In this document: positions 19,431 through 29,149 of the stretch, piece after piece | How the letters are laid out: every line of letters begins with the position of its first letter | How positions within the stretch are numbered: the stretch's first letter is position 1 | Source of the DNA: an uncultured bacterium | GTDB lineage: Bacteria > UBA8248 > JACPRG01 > G963555815 | Direction of reading: 5' to 3' | DNA length: 64,000 bases | Assembly (NCBI GenBank): GCA_964437725.1 | Contig: CAYTIB010000086.1 | Coordinates: 641 to 64,640 of the forward strand | Made by a program: the position numbers and the translations under genes | Notes under the pieces: generated by a model | The model's input: only the letters and a program-made list of their open reading frames with translations | Database searches by the model: none | Told to the model about the DNA's origin: nothing

Positions 19431-20294
19431 TTAGGAAGCAAGTCCCCACCACTGCATGGCTAACGATGCCATACTGATACAGAGCGCATAAAGACCTCCG
19501 CCACGTTTGCCCATTCCTATGGCAGCTCCTCCGGCGAGAATCCCTGCCCCGCCGAACCAGGGAAAATAATGGTTTGAGGCAAAACACAAAAGTGCAAGGC
19601 CAAGGCCTGATTTCATAGCTAAAACCCCAAGTCGTTGTTCTGGATCACTGTTTTTTGGGAGCGGTTCAAGAAAGATCCAGACTGTCAGGGCCAAAGCAAT
19701 GGAGCCCTTGATGGTCCCCGTTCCGGGAGTAAATAGCGGCCATCCGGAAAGGCCGGTTAACAGAATCGCAACTGCTGTAATAACAGCTATGTAACCCAGG
19801 CAGACGATCTGTTTGCGTAATTGTTCCGGGGCGCCTTCCACTGATCCGAAGATCCCCTTGTGGATGGTTTCTGCATCAGGTTCCCTTGGACTTTCCATGT
19901 TTACTCGTGCAAATCTTGGTTTGGGAGCCAGAACTTTCTTCTCTTTTAAAATCCGAGCGCGGAATGCCCGTAAACGACCAATGGTCAGCCAAAGGCCGAA
20001 TAAATCTATAAAGGTCAGAGCAGCAATGACTAAAGACAATACAAGGTTAACGGAAATAGGCCGTTCGGTAGCCTGCAAACTAAAAAATCCGACAAACACC
20101 ATCCAGAGAAGCCATCCGAAGACAGTTAAATAACTTTGGAATACGTGCACCAATGACATTCTGGAACGCTTTTGAACGACCGGTCGAAATCGAACCGATT
20201 TGTTTGGTTTTTGGCTCATCTTATAAGCCATTGGCAACAATCCATAGGAACTCACCTGGCCATCTCCAAAATTCCCTTTGAAAAAAATTCGCAA
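19431..20294 (-). CDS. hypothetical polytopic membrane protein with glycine-rich C-terminus
   Basis: The 287-aa ORF has about 6 hydrophobic segments. It ends 7 nt before the downstream ORF, so the two probably form an operon. No family is recognised. Confidence 0.55.
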   Translation of the reverse strand: MRIFFKGNFGDGQVSSYGLLPMAYKMSQKPNKSVRFRPVVQKRSRMSLVHVFQSYLTVFGWLLWMVFVGFFSLQATERPISVNLVLSLVIAALTFIDLFGLWLTIGRLRAFRARILKEKKVLAPKPRFARVNMESPREPDAETIHKGIFGSVEGAPEQLRKQIVCLGYIAVITAVAILLTGLSGWPLFTPGTGTIKGSIALALTVWIFLEPLPKNSDPEQRLGVLAMKSGLGLALLCFASNHYFPWFGGAGILAGGAAIGMGKRGGGLYALCISMASLAMQWWGLAS

Positions 20295-20472
20295 TGAACA
20301 TCACATGTATCTTCTATTTGCCTACATTTCCATCGGGTTATAACGAGATCAAAGGAAGGCCTGTAGCTGCATTCTATGTTTTCTCGAATCCCTAAAAGTT
20401 TTGCGGAATGATTTGCAGCCCTCACCAAGCCCTGAATATTCCGATGCTTTTATTAAAGCAGTATTAACCGGT

Positions 20473-21387
20473 TCACTTTTCCCCGAGTTCGGGCCAAAGT
20501 GACCGGGCCACGCAATCTATTGGACGAACCAATTTTGTTTCGGGGAAGAAGTTGGCTATCCCATCCAAAATAACCTGGATGCCTTCTAGAGAAGGGACCG
20601 GTGGATAAGGGATATTCTTTGACCAAAAATCGTATGTTGCCTCGAGGGTTTCGTCGTCCCCTATGCTGGGTATGTTTTTGTGTAAGACACTTTTTGACAA
20701 ATCGGGATCCGACTTAAAAGTCCTTATCCCCTTTTTGTAGGCGCTTAGGAACCGGTTAGCTAGCTCTTTTTTTTCTACCGAAAATGATTTGAGTGCGAAT
20801 CCGACTCCGCCTTGATACGGCATCAACTGACCGTCCCATATAAGATTGTATCCATCTCGGATAGCGCGGGAACTAAATGGTAGGGGCAAAATGGCTGCCT
20901 CCACCTCCCCGGCAATGAGGCCTTCGTATGCCGCCTGAAAACCGTCCCAGTAAGGAACTCGCTCGGGATCCCCTTCCTTCCCTGTCAATCCCCAGTTGGA
21001 GAACAGTATGTCCAGAGTAAAATCAGCGTTACCTTTTAAACTGAAGCCGCCAATTCTGTGACCCCTTAGATCTTCAGGTTTCTTGATATCGTTTTGTGCA
21101 ATGATACTAAGGTGGTTGAAATCATTTAGATTGAGAATTATTTCAACCTCCTTGCCTTCACCGGCGGCACGAACAACGGGGTATCCTCCAAAAGTACAAA
21201 CATCCACGATGTTCTCAAAAACCACCTGAAGAGTCCGCTTTGCCGGTGGTTCGAATGTAATGATGGCCTCAAGCCCTTCTTCATGAAATAAACCAGCTTC
21301 CTGGGCTACCCAAGGGATACACTGATTTGCAGCAAGGGCACCTAGCCCGATTCGTATTTTTTCCAATTCAGGCATCACTATCTCCAA
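20473..21387 (-). CDS. NMT1/THI5/SsuA-like substrate-binding-fold protein (no obvious signal peptide)
   Basis: The 304-aa ORF has the periplasmic-binding-protein type 2 layout (IRIGLGALAANQ..., GHRIGG.S..G) typical of nitrate/sulfonate/bicarbonate-type binders. No signal peptide is evident. Confidence 0.6.
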   Translation of the reverse strand: MEIVMPELEKIRIGLGALAANQCIPWVAQEAGLFHEEGLEAIITFEPPAKRTLQVVFENIVDVCTFGGYPVVRAAGEGKEVEIILNLNDFNHLSIIAQNDIKKPEDLRGHRIGGFSLKGNADFTLDILFSNWGLTGKEGDPERVPYWDGFQAAYEGLIAGEVEAAILPLPFSSRAIRDGYNLIWDGQLMPYQGGVGFALKSFSVEKKELANRFLSAYKKGIRTFKSDPDLSKSVLHKNIPSIGDDETLEATYDFWSKNIPYPPVPSLEGIQVILDGIANFFPETKLVRPIDCVARSLWPELGEK

Positions 21388-21703
21388 ACGTATACAAAAT
21401 AATCAAACCAAATGATAGATAAGCGTATCAGGAGATGAATTCAAAGCAAAGGCGGATTGGACCACGAGGGTTTTGTGGTAAATGTAAAAAAAGGGGGGGG
21501 TGGCTTACTAACTAAGCATTATTGCGATCCGTTGCTTTTTTTAATGGAGGGTGATTTTTTGGAAAAGACATTAAAATGGCATAATAATGTGTTCTGATGA
21601 AATTCCTGGGCATTCGTAGTATGGAAAGTGTCGATGGTTCTCTTTACCGGGATCATGGGGAAAGTTTAAACCCGCTTGAATCCCATGCGGATAGGGGTTT
21701 CAC

Positions 21704-22402
21704 ATGACAAATCTCGGAACAACCGCCAAGAAGAGGCGAGCTCGTGCAATACTTAAACGCTTGGCTATAGCCTATCCCGATGCACGATGCGGACTTGATT
21801 TCAAAACTCCCTTTCAGTTGTTGATAGCTTCTATCCTTTCCGCGCAATGCACAGATGAACGAGTCAACATGACCACGCCAAGTCTTTTTGCCAAATACCC
21901 GACTCCAGTACATTTTGCATGTGCTGATCGGCGAGCATTGGAGAAAGAGGTCCATTCTTGTGGGTTCTATCGGAATAAGGCCAAAAACATCATCGCCACC
22001 TGCAAAATTCTCTGCGCCGAACACGACGGAACCGTACCGAATGACTTTGAAGCTCTTTTAGAATTGCCCGGTATTGGAAGAAAAATTGCCAACATTATCC
22101 GCAATGATATTTTTGATGTTCCATCCATTGCTGTTGACACACATGTTTTCCGTCTTTCCCATCGATTGCATCTCGCCGATGCGAAAGATCCCGATCGAAC
22201 AGAGTTTCAGTTGCAACAGGTTATACCAAAGGATCTCGTATCCGGATTCAATCATCTGTTGACTTTCCATGGTCGCGAGGTGTGCGCTGCTCGGCGCCCC
22301 CGTTGCAAGGAGTGTCCCATCTTAAATTTATGTCCTTGGGAGGATAAGAAGCTATTTATCCGACCGATCCATGGAAAAAGGATCAAGATGGAAGACCTTT
22401 AG
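21704..22402 (+). CDS. nth: endonuclease III
   Basis: It has the HhH-GPD motif LPGIGRKIANI, VDTHVFRLSHRL and a C-terminal 4Fe-4S cluster loop CAARRPRCKECPILNLC. Confidence 0.93.
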   Translation: MTNLGTTAKKRRARAILKRLAIAYPDARCGLDFKTPFQLLIASILSAQCTDERVNMTTPSLFAKYPTPVHFACADRRALEKEVHSCGFYRNKAKNIIATCKILCAEHDGTVPNDFEALLELPGIGRKIANIIRNDIFDVPSIAVDTHVFRLSHRLHLADAKDPDRTEFQLQQVIPKDLVSGFNHLLTFHGREVCAARRPRCKECPILNLCPWEDKKLFIRPIHGKRIKMEDL

Positions 22403-22537
22403 AGATTTAGCGTGATTCGAATGGGCAAATTCTTTGAGCGAAAAGCAAACCGAATACCGATTAAAAAAACCAGGTCGGAACGGCTCTCACAAAAATGAGG
22501 GGGAAGTTAGGAAGAGCAAAACCAATTTGTTTTTGAC

Positions 22538-23422
22538 CTAGGGAGCCCCTGTTGCCACAGGCTTGGACAGGAGTTCTCGAAGGCGTTCGGCTATCCCTGG
22601 GAAAGTGTCCATGACTCGTTCCATCCCAATCTGGGTTAGCGTATCGTTTGATTGCCAAATGCCTCCACCCTTAATGAATCGGGGTAACAAAAGAATGTTT
22701 TTATTGAGGAACTCTTGTTTTTCATCGAACCTAGCGCTCCAAAGAATTTTTCCATCGTGCACACTTATCAGGTAAATATCAAAGGAAACCGACGAGGGTT
22801 TGTCTGCGGCTAAAGGGTTTCCGTGTCGATTTGTGTAGCGCGTAATAACCCCAGTTACTACAGCATCCAAAACCTCTGGATCTTCTCCTGGTTTTACGTT
22901 TGGCGACCGGACTTCTCCGATGGCAGGTCCCTCGTTGTCCTCCGGATCCCTTTCCGGGGTCTCAGTCTGAAAAAGAAGGCTCTCGTTGGTTGTATAGGGA
23001 GCGACTTGCTTTAGGTAATTTGAGACAGCTCGTCCAAGCTGGCGGAGATTTTCCTCCCGGTTGACGGTTCCCGCTCTTCGGCTTGGGTCCACCCGGAATT
23101 CGAGCTCGATCTCTTCGGTTTTTTCTAGACGGACAGGAGGTGTCACAGAATAGATTTTCCGAGTGATGATCTCCTCGTAAAAGAAAGTGGCTACCTTATG
23201 GCCCGCTTCCGGAGCTGGGGTATTGTTTCGGAAAGGCATGACTGCGATGTGGCGCAGGTTGTATTTTTTGATGTCAGGTCGGATTTTGGATGCTACGTTC
23301 GTTGGCGAGAAGCGACCCAGGGCAATATTGGAACACCCAACGAGTAGAAAGGTGATAATCACCAGCACAATAGGGGAGATAACTCCTGCAACCCGCTCAA
23401 TTATCAGTCGACAATCAGCCAT
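22538..23422 (-). CDS. hypothetical lipoprotein (LpoB/CsgG/TolB-N-like pattern)
   Basis: It has the lipobox LLVGCS. IAVMPFRN...DAVVTGVITRY...VSFDIYLISVHDGKILWSA resembles the small alpha/beta lipoprotein fold of LpoB/DUF799-type proteins. The family assignment is tentative. Confidence 0.6.
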   Translation of the reverse strand: MADCRLIIERVAGVISPIVLVIITFLLVGCSNIALGRFSPTNVASKIRPDIKKYNLRHIAVMPFRNNTPAPEAGHKVATFFYEEIITRKIYSVTPPVRLEKTEEIELEFRVDPSRRAGTVNREENLRQLGRAVSNYLKQVAPYTTNESLLFQTETPERDPEDNEGPAIGEVRSPNVKPGEDPEVLDAVVTGVITRYTNRHGNPLAADKPSSVSFDIYLISVHDGKILWSARFDEKQEFLNKNILLLPRFIKGGGIWQSNDTLTQIGMERVMDTFPGIAERLRELLSKPVATGAP

Positions 23423-23634
23423 TTTATTACGCTCTCATCGTATTTGAACTAAAGCTTCTCCACCTGCGTAGGCTCGCTAATTTACCTGTTTATTCACACC
23501 TCGGCAAGGTTCAATTTGGCCAAGACGGAAGTTTTTCTGAATGAAAAGAGTGTTTGCAGGTGGGGCGAACAATTTATGTCTTAGGGAAAACAAACGCAAA
23601 AACGGCCAACGGTGAAAAATGGAATTTAAGAGCA

Positions 23635-23970
23635 CTATTTGATGAATTCTTCGGTTTGATCGAACTGCGTAGCGGACTGTTCATCGCGCTCGATAGCCAT
23701 CTCTTTTGCATCTTCCCGAGCGCGCAACTGCATCTGCTTTACTTGCTCGTAAGACTCCTTGATTAGCTCGAGACGTTCCAGGTGGACATCGCAGTATCCG
23801 TCTGTAACCGGCGGATTTTGGCAGTGATTTACCGAGCAGGCATTTTCTTCATTTCCCGCGGGATTCTCGGTATTTTCTGCCTTTACGAGCCCGTGTCCTT
23901 CTCTGCTTTTCGAGGAGACTTGATTCCCAGCGCTTTGTTTACGAGTTTTTCTGCCTTCTCGAGACTGCAC
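23635..23970 (-). CDS. hypothetical small protein with a CX4CX9CX2H motif and an acidic coiled-coil tail
   Basis: The 111-aa ORF contains CSVNHCQNPPVTDGYCDVH. The only canonical start before the motif is ATG 23970, which is 88 nt inside the 3' end of carD in another frame. Confidence 0.4.
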   Translation of the reverse strand: MQSREGRKTRKQSAGNQVSSKSREGHGLVKAENTENPAGNEENACSVNHCQNPPVTDGYCDVHLERLELIKESYEQVKQMQLRAREDAKEMAIERDEQSATQFDQTEEFIK

Positions 23971-24449
23971 TTTTTTGCCTCTGAAATTTCTCGTGTTAGC
24001 TGATCCAGTGTATATTTGTAGAGCTGCTTTAGTTCTTTACTACTGAACGTGCGGCCCTTGGAAAACTCATGGAGGTTCCGGACGACTTCTGCTAGACCTG
24101 TAACATCCCCTTCACGAAGCATTCTTTTTTGCTCTTCGTAACGGTTTTTCCATGTGCGCCAGTTGAGCTCAACTTTTTCTTCGCTTGCTTTCTTTCTCAA
24201 TATGCCCAGTATTTTCGGAACGTCTACCTCTCGCATCGGGGCTCGAAGCCCGAACTGCCGCGCTGCATCATGGGGTACGAATATGCTGGCGTCGGGTTGG
24301 CCATCTAGTTGAATCTCGTAGAAGCGACTGGTCCCGGTGGGGAGCTCCTTGTCCACCAAATCGACGATTTTCCCCTCGCCATGAAGTGGGTAAATAATCC
24401 GCATTCCCTTACGAAGTGGACGCTTCGGAGTTTTTGTTTTGGTTGCCAT
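23883..24449 (-). CDS. carD: CarD/CdnL family RNA polymerase-binding transcription factor
   Basis: The 188-aa ORF has the CarD_CdnL_TRCF N-terminal domain (GMRIIYPLHGEGKIVDL...FYEIQL...IFVPHDAARQFGLR) and a helical C-terminal domain. Confidence 0.88.
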   Translation of the reverse strand: MATKTKTPKRPLRKGMRIIYPLHGEGKIVDLVDKELPTGTSRFYEIQLDGQPDASIFVPHDAARQFGLRAPMREVDVPKILGILRKKASEEKVELNWRTWKNRYEEQKRMLREGDVTGLAEVVRNLHEFSKGRTFSSKELKQLYKYTLDQLTREISEAKKCSLEKAEKLVNKALGIKSPRKAEKDTGS

Positions 24450-24897
24450 TGAAGATCACCCTGGTAAAATTATGAAAACTCTATGAAAACCACCAGAGAC
24501 ACAACCTATCCGCCTGATAGTTGGCCTCCCTCAGCACGGAAAATTTCTGTAATATCTTGTTTTCCAATATAATACACGGAAGGGACGAAGTCAAGGTTAA
24601 TGGATTAAACCGAAGGGAAACACCCAGTAGTTTTGTTTTTTAATCGTTTTAATTATATATTTATTTCCCCTAAAAGGGTCTTTCTCCTGTTTCACAAAAG
24701 AATAGCGAAAATGGAGTGGTAATTCGAAAAATCAGAAAAATCTCCTCAAAAGCTGAGTAGTTATCGAATAGAACTCCATATGTGAATATAGAGCTATAAT
24801 TTACTTCGTTCCAATTGGAATTTCTGAATATAATGGGGGTTGCTTTCATGTCTTTCGGTTTCTTTGGTTTTGATTTGGTGTTTGAGGGACAGGAACA

Positions 24898-26340
24898 TTG
24901 GATACCGGTCGGTTTATTTCTGAGCTAGAAGAGGTTGTAGGTAAAGAATTCGTTTTCTCGGAACCGGAAGAACTTTTAACCTACGAATGCGATGCTCTGA
25001 GCATCTTTACCAACCTTCCATTGGCGGTGGTGCTTCCGGAAACAACGGCGGAGGTTCAGGGCATCTTACAAGTGGCGGCCCGTCACAAGGCCTCCATTGT
25101 TCCCCGAGGGGCTGGTACGGGATTGAGCGGTGGGGCACTTCCTCATGAAAAGGGGGTGTTAATCGGATTTGGCCGTATGGACCGGATACTGGAAATTGAC
25201 CTGCCGAATCAAAGGGCAACTGTCCAGCCAGGCGTTGTCAACCTCCACCTTTCGAAGGCGGTTCAGGCGGATGGCTATTACTACGCGCCAGATCCTTCTA
25301 GCCAAGCCGCTTGCACTATCGGAGGGAATGCTGCGGAGAATTCCGGTGGTCCCCATTGCCTGAAGTATGGAGTGACTACAAATCATATACTAGGAATTGA
25401 GATGGTTCTTCCCGATGGCGAGATCGTGGAGTTGGGTGGTGAGGTGGAGGATTTTCCAGGTCTTGATCTTCGAGGATTTGCAATTGGATCAGAAGGCATG
25501 TTAGGTGCCATCACCAAGATTACCGTTCGCTTGCTTCCTTTACCGGAAGGGGTGAAAACTATGGTTGCAGTTTTCAACTCTATGGAGCTCGCTTGCGATG
25601 CGGTTTCTGACATCATCGCCGATGGTCTCGTGCCAGCCGCGTTGGAAATGATGGATCGCCATACCATCCAAGTTGTGGAGAAAACGGTTGGAAGCGGGTT
25701 TCCGGAAACAGCGGGCGCGGTTTTGCTAATAGAGTTGGATGGACCCGTGCCCGGAATGGAAGAATGGATAAGGCTGATTGAAACTCACTGTCGCAAGAAT
25801 GATGCTACCCAGTTTAGGGTTGCCGAATCTGAGGATGAGCGAGCGAGGCTTTGGGCTGGCAGGAAGAAGGCATTCGGGGCCTTTGGCCAAATCAGTCCAA
25901 ATTTTTATTGTCTTGACGGGACAGTTCCAAGAAGCCGGATTGCCGAGGCCATTAGACGAATTGAGGAAATAGGTCGTAGATACGAGCTTCAAATTGCCAA
26001 TGTATTTCACGCAGGGGATGGCAACCTCCATCCACTTATTTTATTTGACGATTGCAAGCCAGGAGAAACAGATCGGGTCATTGAAGCCGGCTCGGAGATC
26101 TTGCATATGTGTGTTGAACTTGGCGGATCACTCAGCGGCGAGCATGGGATCGGTGTTGAAAAAATGATGGACACCCCGGTTCAATTCAGTGAAAAAGCGC
26201 TTGAAACGATGGAGCGTGTCAGAACAGTCTTTGACCCTGAAGGGCGCTGTAATCCAGCCAAGGTGTTCCCTACACCTGGCAGATGTGGTGAAGTTCGTGG
26301 CACAGCCCAACGTCGCTTGCCAGCAGGGGTTTGGATTTGA
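24898..26340 (+). CDS. glcD: FAD-linked oxidase, glycolate oxidase subunit GlcD-like
   Basis: The 480-aa ORF has a TTG start, a PCMH-type FAD-binding domain (VVPRGAGTGLSGGA) and the C-terminal SGEHGIGVEK. It is followed by GlcE-like and GlcF-like genes. Confidence 0.85.
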   Translation: MDTGRFISELEEVVGKEFVFSEPEELLTYECDALSIFTNLPLAVVLPETTAEVQGILQVAARHKASIVPRGAGTGLSGGALPHEKGVLIGFGRMDRILEIDLPNQRATVQPGVVNLHLSKAVQADGYYYAPDPSSQAACTIGGNAAENSGGPHCLKYGVTTNHILGIEMVLPDGEIVELGGEVEDFPGLDLRGFAIGSEGMLGAITKITVRLLPLPEGVKTMVAVFNSMELACDAVSDIIADGLVPAALEMMDRHTIQVVEKTVGSGFPETAGAVLLIELDGPVPGMEEWIRLIETHCRKNDATQFRVAESEDERARLWAGRKKAFGAFGQISPNFYCLDGTVPRSRIAEAIRRIEEIGRRYELQIANVFHAGDGNLHPLILFDDCKPGETDRVIEAGSEILHMCVELGGSLSGEHGIGVEKMMDTPVQFSEKALETMERVRTVFDPEGRCNPAKVFPTPGRCGEVRGTAQRRLPAGVWI

Positions 26341-26358
26341 AGATGTCTTTACTTTTTT

Positions 26359-27747
26359 TTGCTGAAAGAATTACTTATGGATAATCTCATTGAGTCAACG
26401 CAGAGGGTAAAAGATCTCCTTGGGCCCGAGCGGTTTCGTGACGGAAAAGGTGATCCACTTTATTCCTTTGACCAGGTCCCGCCGGGCCAGATTCTTTACC
26501 CGGAAACCTTGCAAGAACTGTCGACTATAACTAGGGAGGCGAATGCTGCGAACCTTGGTTTGATCCCCTGGGGGGGAGGAACAAAACAGCACCATGGTTA
26601 TCCCCCCAAAAACTTTGATTGGGTGGTCGATCTAGGCCGTTTTGAGGGTGTTTCAGAACACCAAGAAGCAGATTTTGTCGTCTCTTTCCATGCAGGCACG
26701 ACGCTTAAGGTAGCCAATGAGTTTTTACGGGAAAAGGATCAATTTTTGCCGCTCGATCCACTGGAAGGTGAGACCGCAACCCTCGGTGGCATCTGCGCGA
26801 CAAACTCCAGCGGACCGCTTCGCTTAGGTTATGGAACCCCGCGGGATCTGGTTTTGGGGATGGAAGTAGTCATGCCAGACGGGATGCCTGTTCGGTTTGG
26901 GGCGAAAGTCGTGAAAAGTGTTGCGGGGTTCGATTTAAACAAACTTTACATTGGATCCCAGGGCACTTTGGGGTTTATCTCCGAGGTCACATTGAAAACT
27001 TACTCCCTTCGTGTTGAAGAGGGGGTGCTTTTGGCAGGTTTTGAAGAAGCAGGAGCCGCGCAGTCAGCGGCGACCCGCATTCTTTCCGATCGGACACTCC
27101 CTGTGGCACTAGAATGGTTAGCAGGAAAAGAAATGGTTAACCCCCAGATCCCAGACAATCTCACAAATTCTAAGAACATTCTCCAGGTTAGCTATCGGGA
27201 CAATAAACAGGGTGTCTTGGGTCAGCTCGATAAGGCCGAAGCAATTTGTTGCAAGTGCGCAGCCCAGGAAGTTTTGAAGCTTGGACTTGAGGGGTCTCAG
27301 GAATTTAGAGAATTGTTAAGCCAAAGGGGACCCTTTCATGCTTCGGCCGAGTGGCGTGGGTTTGTCTGTCGGATGGGTGTAGCACTCACCCGAGTGGGAG
27401 AAACGTTTGAACGTGCCAGGAACATAGGTCGAAAGGAAGGATTTGAAGTTTGGGGTCAGGCGCACGCTGGGAGCGGAATTCTTCGGCTTGGATTTGGATT
27501 GCCGGGAAGCGATTTCGCTCACTCCTCCGATAAGGTTGTAAGTGTTGTCAGAAACTTACAGGAAGCTGCCAAGCTTGTCGGGGGGTATGCCGTAATTGAA
27601 ACCCGTTCGCAAGAGCTACGAGAAAAACTAGACTTGTTCGATGAGAAGACGCTAGGAAGTAAGGTTTTCCAATTAATGCAGAAGGCGAAGTTTGCTTTAG
27701 ATCCTAAGGGCATAATGAATCCTGGACGATTTTTTGGAAGAATCTAA
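26359..27747 (+). CDS. glcE: FAD-binding oxidase, GlcE-like second subunit (unusually long, 462 aa)
   Basis: It has FAD_binding_4-like motifs (LIPWGGGTK, AGFDLNKLYIGSQGTLGFI) and lies between the glcD-like and glcF-like genes. An alternative ATG is at 26377. Confidence 0.7.
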   Translation: MLKELLMDNLIESTQRVKDLLGPERFRDGKGDPLYSFDQVPPGQILYPETLQELSTITREANAANLGLIPWGGGTKQHHGYPPKNFDWVVDLGRFEGVSEHQEADFVVSFHAGTTLKVANEFLREKDQFLPLDPLEGETATLGGICATNSSGPLRLGYGTPRDLVLGMEVVMPDGMPVRFGAKVVKSVAGFDLNKLYIGSQGTLGFISEVTLKTYSLRVEEGVLLAGFEEAGAAQSAATRILSDRTLPVALEWLAGKEMVNPQIPDNLTNSKNILQVSYRDNKQGVLGQLDKAEAICCKCAAQEVLKLGLEGSQEFRELLSQRGPFHASAEWRGFVCRMGVALTRVGETFERARNIGRKEGFEVWGQAHAGSGILRLGFGLPGSDFAHSSDKVVSVVRNLQEAAKLVGGYAVIETRSQELREKLDLFDEKTLGSKVFQLMQKAKFALDPKGIMNPGRFFGRI

Positions 27748-29149
27748 AGTTTCCAGATTCACACTACATTTAAGTTGCGGAAAACAAAAAAGAATGACAA
27801 GCAAGGCGGCCCAAGAAATCTCGCGATTGACTGAGACGCGAAAGAAAGAATCCACCGGGGAATCCCCTGAGATGGACCAGTTGCTGGACTGCATTCATTG
27901 CGGACTTTGCCTAAGCTTTTGTCCGACATATTCGGAGCTTGGCAATGAGATGGATTCACCCCGGGGGCGAATTTATCTAATGCGTGCGGTTGAAGAAGGT
28001 CGTATCTCCTACACCTCGACAGTTCGAAAACATATAGATAGCTGCCTAGGGTGTTTAGCATGCGAGACGGCATGCCCATCTGGTGTTCAGTATCACAGCC
28101 TTATCGAAGCAGCCCGCACGAAAGTAGAGGCTACTCGGAGAATGGAAGGGGAGAAAAATCACATTCGCAACTTTGCCCTGCGTTGGATTCTTCCCCATCC
28201 TAGCCGGCTCGCTGCTGTCGGTCTTCTTCTCCGGTTGTACCAAGGAAGCGGGATGCGGTGGTTCTTTCGGAAGAGTGGTTTATTAAATCTTTTGGGTCGG
28301 GTCGGAGAGGCAGAAGTTTTTTCTCCAACTGCGACCCCAAGGTCCGTAATTCGACAGGTAGAACGAGGATCTCGGGAGGGAGAAGCCGGACGATCCACTG
28401 TTGCGTTGCTAACAGGGTGTGTGATGCGAATTGCTTTTGGCCACATCAATTTGGCGACCATCCGGGTCCTTGCGAAAAATGGATACCCGGTTCTTGTCCC
28501 GAAAGGACAAGTTTGTTGCGGTGCTCTCCATGGCCATTCCGGTGACCGGCAAACTGCTCGAGAACTAGCCCGGAAAAACATTGATGTCTTCATGAATTCG
28601 GGAGCCGACTACGTTATTACAAATTCGGCCGGCTGTGGCTCAATGATGAAAGAGTATGGCGAGCTTTTGGTAAACGACCAAGAGTACCAGGAGAAAGCTC
28701 ATCACCTATCCTCAAAGGTACGGGATATAACAGAATTTCTGACGGAGAACGGGTTTCGTTCCCCGTCTGCACCCTTGAGAGAAGAAGGGGAGCTTCCGGT
28801 TACCTATCACGAGGCCTGCCACCTCGCTCACGGTCAGAAGATACGCAATCCCCCAAGAGAGATTCTCCGATCGATTCCCGGTGTAAGGATTTGCGAGTTG
28901 GCTGAGTCCGAATGGTGCTGTGGCAGTGCAGGCATCTACAATTTGACTCAACCCGAGATGGCCAAACGTCTTCTAAGGCGCAAGATCGAGCACATTGTAG
29001 AAACTGGTGCCTCCATAGTTGCTACAGGAAACCCGGGCTGCATCATTCAGATTGAAAGTGGTCTCCGCGAAGGGGGGGTCGAGGTTGTACACCCAATTGA
29101 ATTGTTGGCCCGAGCCTATGGGCAAGAAGTTGGAAATCAAAGTGCATGA
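27734..29149 (+). CDS. glcF: glycolate oxidase iron-sulfur subunit GlcF-like ((Fe-S)-binding, two CCG domains)
   Basis: It has CIHCGLCLSFCPTY and CLGCLACETACPSG ferredoxin motifs, plus C-terminal cysteine-rich CCG repeats (VCCGA, WCCGSAG). The start may be ATG 27794. Confidence 0.85.
   Translation: MEESKVSRFTLHLSCGKQKRMTSKAAQEISRLTETRKKESTGESPEMDQLLDCIHCGLCLSFCPTYSELGNEMDSPRGRIYLMRAVEEGRISYTSTVRKHIDSCLGCLACETACPSGVQYHSLIEAARTKVEATRRMEGEKNHIRNFALRWILPHPSRLAAVGLLLRLYQGSGMRWFFRKSGLLNLLGRVGEAEVFSPTATPRSVIRQVERGSREGEAGRSTVALLTGCVMRIAFGHINLATIRVLAKNGYPVLVPKGQVCCGALHGHSGDRQTARELARKNIDVFMNSGADYVITNSAGCGSMMKEYGELLVNDQEYQEKAHHLSSKVRDITEFLTENGFRSPSAPLREEGELPVTYHEACHLAHGQKIRNPPREILRSIPGVRICELAESEWCCGSAGIYNLTQPEMAKRLLRRKIEHIVETGASIVATGNPGCIIQIESGLREGGVEVVHPIELLARAYGQEVGNQSA

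Noticed and set aside
21486-21500. An A7G8 homopolymer tract lies in the spacer upstream of the NMT1/SsuA-like gene. It could be a slipped-strand phase-variation switch.
   Set aside because: G/C runs of 7-8 also occur inside essential or ordinary coding regions here (dnaX ~15964..15971, asnB ~40134..40141, the UPF0104 gene ~35845..35852). This looks like a general compositional feature rather than a dedicated contingency locus.
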